64,000 bases of DNA from assembly GCA_050950165.1 (NCBI GenBank), contig JBMNHC010000001.1:453744-517743 (forward strand), read 5' to 3'. Shown here piece after piece: positions 1-7,884 of this stretch. A model generated the notes under the pieces. The model saw only the letters and a program-made list of their open reading frames with translations. It ran no database searches and had not been told where the DNA came from. Source of the stretch: Candidatus Dojkabacteria bacterium (GTDB lineage: Bacteria > Patescibacteriota > Dojkabacteria > SC72). The position numbers and the translations under genes are program-made. How positions within the stretch are numbered: position 1 is the first letter of the stretch; each line of letters opens with the position of its first letter.

Positions 1-45
1 ACAGTACATTTCAATGCTATTATATCTCTTTTTACCTTAGCCATA
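1..45 (-). CDS. rpmG: ribosomal protein L33 (5' end only; gene runs off the window start)
   Basis: Reverse complement of 1..45 reads ATG GCT AAG GTA AAA AGA GAT ATA ATA GCA TTG AAA TGT ACT = MAKVKRDIIALKCT. This matches the L33 N-terminal pattern (MAKxxRxxIxLxCTxC). Only 15 codons are visible. Confidence 0.4.
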
Positions 46-163
46 TTCTTTGAGAACCGAATTAATAATTAAGATATTATGGGAAATACAAAGTATTATA
101 TGTAAATATTTACAGTAGGTCAAATGGCTTTAGGCATAAATGTTTACATAGGTTTCTTCTATC

Positions 164-1087
164 ATGTTTCTTTCTATGCTATTATTTAATATATTTAAAC
201 TTTTATCTGGTTTATGTATGGAGAAAGGAAGGGAGGGCTTAAGTATGGATGAAGCTGTGGAGGTGGTAAAGAATACTATGGATCGGGTACCTGAAATTGA
301 TAGGAGAGAGTTTTTGAAGGGGTCTGCTTTTGTAATTGGAGTGGCAGTCCTTTCAGCTTGTGGTATTAATTTAGAAGAGTTAGGGGAAGAAGGAGATGTA
401 AATACACAGCCTGAAATTGTTCCAGATATTCCAAAAGAAGATGTTAGTGAGCCTGTGCTAGAGGGAATAGAGGCAGAGTACGCAGAGTGGGGATATACCT
501 TGGTTAAAGAGCCTTTTAAGTTAGATACAAGTAAATTTGTATTAGGTGCTCCTAATTTTAATACAGCTCTTTCCGAAGGATTTAACTTTGGTCCAATTAA
601 TGAAGAGGGTAAGTCATATACATTGCAGTATGGTGATGAGAGTAGGGTGGTTACATATTTGCACTACACAGGGCAGAAGCCTCCAGTTGTTGGTGAGATA
701 TTGCCTTTGATATATAAATTGCCAGAGGGTGCTAAACAGAAGGGTTTAAAGGTTGCTCCTTATGCAATCTCTAATCCAGAGAATGTTTCTGAGAATGTAG
801 TATTTGATTCTGAATCAGAATACTACATTATTCCTATTATCACTTCAGGTTCTAATAGTGGGGTAGTTCCTGTAACTAGTAATGGAGAGATAGTGAATTC
901 ATATTATAAAGCTTTTGAGATAAAGGTAGATCCTGTATCTCAAAATCCTGAAGGTTATACTTCTTGGGCACTACTTAGACAGAACAATGAGAAGATCATT
1001 GTCGAGGGTGTTGTAAACAATACTGATGCAAAAATGTATGTTGATTTCAGAAATGCTCCTCAGGAGATTATAGATATATATTCTTAA
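164..1087 (+). CDS. putative secreted lipoprotein with a Tat-like signal (hypothetical)
   Basis: The ORF contains DRREFLKGSAFVIGVAVLSACG: a twin-arginine-like RRxFLK motif, a hydrophobic region, and a lipobox L-S-A-C. The true start is probably the internal Met at ~245 (MDEAVEV...). No recognisable catalytic family. Confidence 0.5.
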   Translation: MFLSMLLFNIFKLLSGLCMEKGREGLSMDEAVEVVKNTMDRVPEIDRREFLKGSAFVIGVAVLSACGINLEELGEEGDVNTQPEIVPDIPKEDVSEPVLEGIEAEYAEWGYTLVKEPFKLDTSKFVLGAPNFNTALSEGFNFGPINEEGKSYTLQYGDESRVVTYLHYTGQKPPVVGEILPLIYKLPEGAKQKGLKVAPYAISNPENVSENVVFDSESEYYIIPIITSGSNSGVVPVTSNGEIVNSYYKAFEIKVDPVSQNPEGYTSWALLRQNNEKIIVEGVVNNTDAKMYVDFRNAPQEIIDIYS

Positions 1088-1092
1088 AAGAG

Positions 1093-1166
1093 AGCTGGAT
1101 CTGAGAGTCGAACTCAGGACCTCATTCTTACCATGAATGTGCTCTAACCAACTGAGCTAATCCAGC
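1093..1166 (-). tRNA. tRNA-Thr (anticodon GGT)
   Basis: Manual cloverleaf on the reverse complement: GCTGGAT acceptor stem, TTCGACT T-loop, anticodon stem CATTC/GAATG with loop ATGGTAA giving anticodon GGT. Confidence 0.75.
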
Positions 1167-1216
1167 ATAGAAAGGATTATACTAACAAACTAAGTATTTA
1201 ACAATTTTAATCTCTT

Positions 1217-1951
1217 CTACTTCTCTTTAAGAGTTGCAGTTCTTTTTAGGAACAGAATCCAAAGAGGTATAGTTAATGCAACAAGAGCGAGTGCTAATGC
1301 TGGAGCTTCAGGTGTAGAGGAAAGAATTTCTTTATTAGTAGAGAGTATATAGTTGGTTAATTGGTATGTTGCAATTGGGATTGTGATTAATCCGATTACA
1401 CTATAAACGATTAATGATACAAAGAGATATACCTTGTTTAACCATAGGTATCTATCCTTACTCTTAATTCTAGAGAGTGCAAATTGATGCATAGCAAAGA
1501 GTATTACCATAGATACGAATACAGTTATTCCATTTATTAAATCAGTTTTCTGTATCTCTGTATCAAAGCAGTAAGTAGAACCTTTGTATACAACTGGTTC
1601 TCCTGTATGACATTCTTTAAACTCTTCTGGTTTTAGAGTAGGATCATACAGTTTTGCATCTTCAAAGACTTCTGCTTGATAGAGAGAGTATGAGAAGGGT
1701 ACATCAAATTTGTATGATAGAGCTGCTCTAATAGCGATTGTAGCACCAACAATTCCAATAATCATAGATAAAAAGAGTATTAGGTATAGATATGTTTGAA
1801 AGAGTAGTCTAGTTGTTACTTTGAATTCTCCTGCTTTACTACTTTCTTTTGCTTTTATAGATTGAACTATAATATACACAATAGCACCAACTACAGTAGC
1901 ACCCACAACTGTTGTAGTTATCATAATGATAAGTCCTAACATATCGCTCAT
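1217..1951 (-). CDS. polytopic membrane protein, hypothetical
   Basis: 244-aa ORF with about 6 hydrophobic helices. No conserved catalytic motif recognised. Confidence 0.5.
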   Translation of the reverse strand: MSDMLGLIIMITTTVVGATVVGAIVYIIVQSIKAKESSKAGEFKVTTRLLFQTYLYLILFLSMIIGIVGATIAIRAALSYKFDVPFSYSLYQAEVFEDAKLYDPTLKPEEFKECHTGEPVVYKGSTYCFDTEIQKTDLINGITVFVSMVILFAMHQFALSRIKSKDRYLWLNKVYLFVSLIVYSVIGLITIPIATYQLTNYILSTNKEILSSTPEAPALALALVALTIPLWILFLKRTATLKEK

Positions 1952-2021
1952 AGAGAGTTCTTTTTAATTTATATATTAAAAAGTATACACAAGAGGAAAA
2001 ATATTTTAACAGTATAGAGAG

Positions 2022-2104
2022 TGCAGGGAACTGGATTTGAACCAGTGAATCCCGAAGGAGTCGGTTTTACAGACCGATGCGTTTGACCGCTCCGCCATCC
2101 CTGC
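2022..2104 (-). tRNA. tRNA-Tyr (anticodon GTA), long variable arm
   Basis: Reverse complement: GCAGGGA acceptor stem, anticodon stem ATCGG/CCGAT with loop CTGTAAA (anticodon GTA), long variable arm, T-loop GGTTCAAATCC. Confidence 0.75.
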
Positions 2105-2108
2105 ACAT

Positions 2109-2185
2109 TGGAGCCGAAGGAGAGATTCGAACTCTCGACCTATTGTTTACAAAACAATTGCTCTGACCAACTGAGCTACTTCGGC
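2109..2185 (-). tRNA. tRNA-Thr (anticodon TGT), CCA encoded
   Basis: Reverse complement: GCCGAAG acceptor stem, anticodon stem ATTGT/ACAAT with loop TTTGTAA (anticodon TGT), T-arm GAGAG TTCGAAT CTCTC, 3' CTTCGGC-T-CCA. Only 4 nt separate it from tRNA-Tyr. Confidence 0.75.
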
Positions 2186-2435
2186 CTTTACAATCGCAAG
2201 TTTAATATATACTGAAAATATAGTCAATAAAAAAGCCCAGTCGGAGAGGGATCATAGAGCTCAAACCGATTAGGTGGATATCCTCAACTTAAACCCAAGG
2301 GTCTAAGCGATTTTGGAAATCCGAGCTCTTGCTTGTAGAGCTATGAAACCTCTTTACCCAACCAGGCCATTCATATTCTACAATATTTAGAAGAGGGTGT
2401 ACAGATTATATATTACTGCTTAACAACGATATTTC

Positions 2436-3101
2436 TTAAAACCCTAATATTTTTAGTAAAGTGGAGAGAGTATTACTGATGAAAGAGAAAAGAAGCTTAG
2501 AGATTGGTGAGAAAGGGAGAATAATAATCAGTATTAAAATTATGGAGTATCTCTCTAATAGCTCCCAGTAGTATCTAAGCTTAGGAGGAAGTATTGCTCT
2601 AACAATTTTATGACCATCTAAAGGAGGTATCGGTATTAAATTAAATACAGCGAGTGCGATATTAATAGTGGCAAATGAGTATAGTAAGAATACTATAAGA
2701 GGGCTTGTGTTGGATGGTAGTACCATATGTAGTAGACCTGTAAGTAATGCTAGTAAAAGGTTAGATAGTGGACCTGCAAGTGCTACGATTGCTGTGTGGA
2801 GTTCTCTTTTTGTAAAATTATACTCATTTATTGGAACAGGTTTGCTCCAACCAAATCTAAAAAGAATCATAAATATTGCCCCTATTGGATCTATATGCTT
2901 TAGAGGATTAAGTGTTAATCTACCTTCTGCCTTAGCTGTTGCATCTCCTAACTTGTAAGCAGTATATGCATGAGCATACTCATGTACTGTTGCAGCTACC
3001 AATATTGATGGTATCGCTACCATTATCCAATACATATATTCAGTTATCCAAGAAAAATCTATCATAATCTTGATAAAAAGGAATCTTTTTGATAATATCA
3101 C
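2436..3101 (-). CDS. M50-family site-2 protease-like zinc metalloprotease
   Basis: HEYAHAY (HExxH) inside a TM helix, a downstream LDG motif (IPIPPLDGHK), and multiple TM segments. Confidence 0.7.
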   Translation of the reverse strand: MILSKRFLFIKIMIDFSWITEYMYWIMVAIPSILVAATVHEYAHAYTAYKLGDATAKAEGRLTLNPLKHIDPIGAIFMILFRFGWSKPVPINEYNFTKRELHTAIVALAGPLSNLLLALLTGLLHMVLPSNTSPLIVFLLYSFATINIALAVFNLIPIPPLDGHKIVRAILPPKLRYYWELLERYSIILILIIILPFSPISKLLFSFISNTLSTLLKILGF

Positions 3102-3131
3102 TTAGGTTCTAATTCTTCAATTAAGAAAGAT

Positions 3132-3344
3132 ATGGCAAAAGTTTGTGAATTGTGTGGAAAATCTACAACTGCTGGAAAAAGTATTCAGCATCATCACGCT
3201 ATCAAGTGGCGATATCGAGCACCTAAGAGTACTCGTGCATTTAAACCTAATCTAAGAAAGATTAAGGTTGATTTGGATGGAAAAGTGCAGAGTATATATA
3301 CCTGTATGAAGTGCTACAAAAGGCTTCAGAAAGATTCAGAGTAG
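3132..3344 (+). CDS. rpmB: ribosomal protein L28
   Basis: MAKVCELCGK...H....R.....KPNL matches the L28 N-terminal pattern. 70 aa, basic. Confidence 0.7.
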   Translation: MAKVCELCGKSTTAGKSIQHHHAIKWRYRAPKSTRAFKPNLRKIKVDLDGKVQSIYTCMKCYKRLQKDSE

Positions 3345-3402
3345 GTATTGTAAAAATTTCCTCGTATTGAGTAAATATTAGTGATAGAATCATTTAAATA
3401 AA

Positions 3403-4473
3403 GTGACTTGTTTTTTTATGTCTATTTTTAACTCAATTTGGGAACTGTTTACATATGATTTAGGTATAGATTTGGGGACAGCCAATACCATGGTTTACCT
3501 AAGAGGAGAAGGTATTGTTGTTTCTGAACCATCAGTTGTTGCTGTCGAGAAAAAGAGTAAGATGGTACTTGCTGTAGGTCAAGAAGCAAGAGAGATGATA
3601 GGGAGAACGCCAGCTAATATTGTTGCAGTAAGACCACTGAAGGATGGAGTAGTTTCTGATTTTGATACTACACAGGCCATGATATATCATTTCATACGTA
3701 GTGCGCATAAAAACTACATTAAAGGTTTTAAGATTCCAAGACCAAGAGTTGTTGTAGGTGTCCCTTCTTCTGTATCAGAGGTAGAGAGACAAGCTGTAAT
3801 AGATGCAGCAAAAACTGCGGGAGCAAGAGACGTCTTCATTGTGGAAGAATCTATGGCAGCTGCAATTGGGGTAGGATTACCGATAGAGGATGCTTCAGGT
3901 AGTATGATAGTGGATATTGGAGGTGGTACTACTGGAATAGCGATTCTTTCATTAGGAGATATTGTTGTAGATAATACAGTTAGGATAGCTGGTGATGAGA
4001 TAACGCAGGATATCATTAACTATGTTAGAGATAAGTATAATATTTTGATAGGTGATAGGACTGCAGAAGATATTAAGATAGAGATAGGTTCTGCTTCTCC
4101 TCTTAAAGATGAGAAAGAGGTTGAATTACAAGGTAGAGATCTTTTAACTGGTCTTCCTAAGTCTATCAACTTTAGTAGTATTGAAGCTCGTGAAGCAATT
4201 ATGGTCTCACTAGGACAGATAACTGAGGCAGTAAAAGATGCAATAGAGGATACACCTCCAGAACTTCTTAAAGATATTTTTAATGATGGTGTGTATGTAG
4301 CAGGAGGTGGTGCACTCATTAAAGGATTAGATAAATATTGGGAGGAGGAGCTTAATATTCCAATTAAGATAGTTGATGATCCTCTCTCTGCAGTTGCTAG
4401 GGGAACTGCATCTATGTTAGATCATATAGATTTACTTCAGAAGGTACAGAAATCTTGGGAAGAACTTATTTAA
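3403..4473 (+). CDS. mreB: rod shape-determining actin homolog MreB
   Basis: DLGIDLGTANT phosphate-1 motif, VVSEPSVVA, DIGGGTTGIAILS phosphate-2, VAGGGALIKGLD. Start may be the internal Met at 3418. Confidence 0.9.
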   Translation: MTCFFMSIFNSIWELFTYDLGIDLGTANTMVYLRGEGIVVSEPSVVAVEKKSKMVLAVGQEAREMIGRTPANIVAVRPLKDGVVSDFDTTQAMIYHFIRSAHKNYIKGFKIPRPRVVVGVPSSVSEVERQAVIDAAKTAGARDVFIVEESMAAAIGVGLPIEDASGSMIVDIGGGTTGIAILSLGDIVVDNTVRIAGDEITQDIINYVRDKYNILIGDRTAEDIKIEIGSASPLKDEKEVELQGRDLLTGLPKSINFSSIEAREAIMVSLGQITEAVKDAIEDTPPELLKDIFNDGVYVAGGGALIKGLDKYWEEELNIPIKIVDDPLSAVARGTASMLDHIDLLQKVQKSWEELI

Positions 4474-4487
4474 CTCTCTATACCTAG

Positions 4488-5303
4488 ATGTTTAAAGAGA
4501 TATCTAAAAGAAAAATAGTACAACCTTTTCTGTTTCTCTTGTTAGGTTTTTTCTTTCTCTTTCTAAGTAAGTTTAGTTTACTTGATACTGTTCGTTTTGC
4601 ATTCTCATATATATTTGAACCATTTTCATCTGTAGCACATGAGTGGCAAGGGTCTGTTACTAATTGGGGCTCTCTTCTTCTAGATGCATCTTCATATATT
4701 GAGGAGAATAGGGAGCTTAAAGAGGAGATATTAGAGATAAGGAGTAGTCAGAGTAATATACTTAATGTAGAAGAGTATGAGATTTTAAAAAAACAGAAAG
4801 GAATTATACGAGGGGAAGATAGGTATGTTTTAGCCAAGGTATTGGGTCATTCAGATCATGGAGAGATATTTTTAAATGTTGGTATAGATGATGGTGTTAA
4901 AGAGGGAGATATTGTTTCTTTAGGGAATGTTTTTCTAGGTATTGTTTCTACTGCTGATAAAGAGGGGGCATTGGTAAAACTTCCGATTAGTAGAGATAGT
5001 AGTTTTGAAGTAGCAATTCTTCCTGCTACTGTAGAAAAAACAGTTGTTTTAGATGGATATATTAAATCTAAAGGTGTAATTACAGGTAATTTAGATGGAA
5101 TAAGGGTAGAGAATATAGGTATTAACTCTGAAGTAGTAGATGGTGATATTGTGATTTTAAGAGATGAGCGCGTAGGAGAGATTCTTGTAGTAGGTAGGGT
5201 AATTGGTCTTTCAAAAAATCCTGCTTCTACATCTAAAACAGGTTTTGTATCTCCTATATATGATTTTGTTAATTTAATATCTGTATTTGTTAAAGTAGAT
5301 TAA
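4488..5303 (+). CDS. mreC: rod shape-determining protein MreC (probable)
   Basis: Immediately follows mreB. N-terminal TM, coiled-coil region, then a beta-rich C-terminal domain with Gly/Val-rich motifs (GDIVSLGNVFLGIVS; GDIVIL). Called on synteny plus architecture. Confidence 0.55.
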   Translation: MFKEISKRKIVQPFLFLLLGFFFLFLSKFSLLDTVRFAFSYIFEPFSSVAHEWQGSVTNWGSLLLDASSYIEENRELKEEILEIRSSQSNILNVEEYEILKKQKGIIRGEDRYVLAKVLGHSDHGEIFLNVGIDDGVKEGDIVSLGNVFLGIVSTADKEGALVKLPISRDSSFEVAILPATVEKTVVLDGYIKSKGVITGNLDGIRVENIGINSEVVDGDIVILRDERVGEILVVGRVIGLSKNPASTSKTGFVSPIYDFVNLISVFVKVD

Positions 5304-5304
5304 T

Positions 5305-5802
5305 ATGATAGAGATATTGCTTGGTACAGTAGGTATATTTGGAGTAGTCTTTCTAGAACATTTCTTCTGGGGTATCTCTGGTCTCTCAATATTTTTTCTT
5401 TTAGCAGTAAATACATGGGGTAGAATAGATTCGAGAGTTTTTGCTGTCTTTGGAATTCTTACCTCTTTAGCACTAGATGTGGTAGCACATCAGCCTCTCG
5501 GTTTTCATCTTGTAATGTTAGGTATACTTCTGCTTCTTTACTCTGTAATTAGCAATTTTGCTCAACTGGAGGGTAGAGTTAGTAGATATGTAGGGCTTTT
5601 CTTACTGTTTCTTTCTCTCTACTTTTTAGATTTAATCGTGCTTTCTTTGGTAAGTAGTAGTACATTTCCTCTTTTTACCTCAAATATTGTATTAAAGATT
5701 TTACTTAATACAGTAATTTCTACAGTAATATGCTTTGTAATAGATTTACTGTTTTCTGGCTTTAGAGAAGGTAAAGGGTTTGAAAAGATTAGATTAAAGT
5801 AA
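5305..5802 (+). CDS. mreD: MreD-like small polytopic membrane protein (probable)
   Basis: 165-aa all-TM protein sitting between mreC and the PBP2 gene. Called on synteny. Confidence 0.45.
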   Translation: MIEILLGTVGIFGVVFLEHFFWGISGLSIFFLLAVNTWGRIDSRVFAVFGILTSLALDVVAHQPLGFHLVMLGILLLLYSVISNFAQLEGRVSRYVGLFLLFLSLYFLDLIVLSLVSSSTFPLFTSNIVLKILLNTVISTVICFVIDLLFSGFREGKGFEKIRLK

Positions 5803-5808
5803 AAATAT

Positions 5809-7824
5809 ATGGAGATAAAGGTAGATAAAAAATTAAAAGAGAAAAGACTTACTCCTTCATCATCTAAATGGAGTGGTAGTAAAGGTGTTCCTTCTTTAAA
5901 AGAGAGATTTAAGAGAGAGTTAAAGAGAGGGTCTAAGATTTTAGATGTTTCTCCTTGGAACTTAATTTATGCATTTTTACTCTTCTTTGTTTTCTTCGGA
6001 ATATTAATTAGTAGTATTGCTCAGTTGCAGATAATTGAGGGGAGTGAGATGGCTATGAGGTCTGAGAGAAATAAGGTGAGGATTAGTAAGGTAATGGCTC
6101 CTAGAGGAATTATCTTTGATGCAGATGGTACTAAATTGGTAGAAAACCTTCCCTCTATGAACCTTTACCTTTCGCTAGAGCCATATTTGGATAAGAAGGG
6201 GGAGCTAGATAGTGAGAAATTAGAAGAGTCGCTAGATACCCTCGGGGGTATACTTGGAGATAGCTGGAAGAAGAGCGGATCTAGTGAAAACGAGGTGTAT
6301 GATTCTCTTCTGGATAGAGTATATTCAATATATTCATCATCACCATACTTTAGAAAGATATTAATTGCTCAAGATTTGGATAATGAGATGGTTATTAAAA
6401 TTAAAGCTAGATTTACAGATATATTAGGTTTGGATATAGATAATGGGAATAAAAGAAGATATATATATGATGAATACTTTACTCATATCTTAGGGTATAC
6501 AGGAGAAGCATCTAAAGCAGATATTGAGAAGTTCGAGTCAGTAGAGAGTGGAGATATTGTAGGTAAAACAGGAGTAGAGAGATATTACAATGAGCAGTTT
6601 CAAGGTGAGCATGGACAATTAGCACAAGAGATAGATGTTTTTGGTAGATCTGTTTCTGAAAAACCTTACCTTCTTAAAGAGGTTGTTGCAGGTAAAAATC
6701 TCTACCTTACTGTTAAGAAGGATATGCAGACTAAATTGTATGACCTTCTTGCAGAAGCTGTAGGAAGAGTAGGTGCTGCGGGAGGAGCAGGAGTTATTGA
6801 AGATGTTAGAAATGGAGAGATATTAGCCATTGTTAGCTATCCTGGATATGATGGTAATCTCTTTGTAGGTGGAATATCTCAAAGTGATTACTCTAGTTTG
6901 TTAAACAACAAACTTAATCCACTACTTAATCGTGCTCTTGCTGCTCAGATACCTCCAGGTTCTACATTCAAAACATTAGTTGCTGTAGGTGGATTGGATG
7001 CTAAGGTGATAACAAGAAACACAATATATGTTAGTAGAGCAGGATATTCCTTTTCTAATGGAGCACCATTTCAAGAGTTTAGAAAAAGTGTATACGGTCC
7101 TTTAAATGTAGTAGATGCACTCTCTGTTTCATCTAATATATATTTCTGTGAGCTAATTAGAAAATGGGATATGAATGAGTTAGTCCCATATCTAGAGAAA
7201 TTTGGTATAGGGAAGTATACAGGTATAGATATTCCTGGAGAAGCTCCTGGTAGAATGCCCTCTCCAGAAAACAAAATTAAGTTAGCTAATACAAGTAGTC
7301 CGTGGTTAGAACCGATATGGTATCCGGAAGGAGACTCCTGTAATGCAGTAATTGGACAAGGTATTACTCTTGTAACTCCAATTCAAATGTCTAACTGGAT
7401 GGCAGCAATAGCTAACGGTGGTACTTTGTATACCCCTCATGTAGCAAAGAAATTTGTAGATGAGAAAGGCTTTGAATATCCAGTAGAACCTACAGTTCTT
7501 TCCAATACGGGCGTATCCAAAGAAGTATTAGATATCGTCAAAAGAGGTATGTGGGGTACAGTAAATAGCTCAAGAGGAATAGTGAGTTCTCTTTCAAATG
7601 TGGGTACCTCTGTTGCAGCAAAAACAGGAACTGCAGAGTTCGGTAAGGTTAACGAGAAAGGTGTGTATGAAGATACTCACGCTTGGGTTGCAGGTTTCTT
7701 CCCGTATGAAAATCCTAGATATTCATTCTCAATATTTTTAGAAGACGGAGGTATGAGCAGTAACGCTTCCAAAGTAATGAGAGAGATGATTATCTGGATG
7801 GTAAACAACGGATTTGTTGATTAA
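5809..7824 (+). CDS. mrdA: penicillin-binding protein 2 (peptidoglycan D,D-transpeptidase)
   Basis: N-terminal TM; SxxK (PGSTFKT), SxN (SVSSNIYF) and KTG (AAKTGTAEF) transpeptidase motifs; position after mreBCD. Confidence 0.85.
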   Translation: MEIKVDKKLKEKRLTPSSSKWSGSKGVPSLKERFKRELKRGSKILDVSPWNLIYAFLLFFVFFGILISSIAQLQIIEGSEMAMRSERNKVRISKVMAPRGIIFDADGTKLVENLPSMNLYLSLEPYLDKKGELDSEKLEESLDTLGGILGDSWKKSGSSENEVYDSLLDRVYSIYSSSPYFRKILIAQDLDNEMVIKIKARFTDILGLDIDNGNKRRYIYDEYFTHILGYTGEASKADIEKFESVESGDIVGKTGVERYYNEQFQGEHGQLAQEIDVFGRSVSEKPYLLKEVVAGKNLYLTVKKDMQTKLYDLLAEAVGRVGAAGGAGVIEDVRNGEILAIVSYPGYDGNLFVGGISQSDYSSLLNNKLNPLLNRALAAQIPPGSTFKTLVAVGGLDAKVITRNTIYVSRAGYSFSNGAPFQEFRKSVYGPLNVVDALSVSSNIYFCELIRKWDMNELVPYLEKFGIGKYTGIDIPGEAPGRMPSPENKIKLANTSSPWLEPIWYPEGDSCNAVIGQGITLVTPIQMSNWMAAIANGGTLYTPHVAKKFVDEKGFEYPVEPTVLSNTGVSKEVLDIVKRGMWGTVNSSRGIVSSLSNVGTSVAAKTGTAEFGKVNEKGVYEDTHAWVAGFFPYENPRYSFSIFLEDGGMSSNASKVMREMIIWMVNNGFVD

Positions 7825-7884
7825 GAAAAATGTAAGAAAAAGATAGTAGTATATATATGAGAGGGTTTGACATATATTTAAACA

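Noticed and set aside
2186-2435. SRP RNA / tmRNA / RNase P RNA call for the long spacer
   Set aside because: It lacks the SRP helix-8 GGAA...AGCAGC signature, a tRNA-Ala-like 3' end, or a size compatible with RNase P. It is kept only as a low-interest finding.
2668-2958. The + strand 96-aa ORF inside the M50 protease gene, and similar antisense ORFs: 3714-4016, 4020-4319, 7071-7274, 8322-8711, 9036-9350, 9465-9818, 10141-10356, 23106-23396, 39533-40081, 40115-40438, 46776-47156 and others
   Set aside because: Each lies fully inside a longer ORF with strong family-level motifs on the opposite strand. They are low-complexity, Ser/Ile/Leu-rich translations typical of antisense frames in AT-rich DNA. 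Treated as spurious.
7862-7884. TTGACA -35-like hexamer and a weak TATTTT -10 upstream of topA as a promoter call
   Set aside because: In a ~33% GC genome, such matches occur by chance every few hundred bp. They are not reported as a feature without transcript data.
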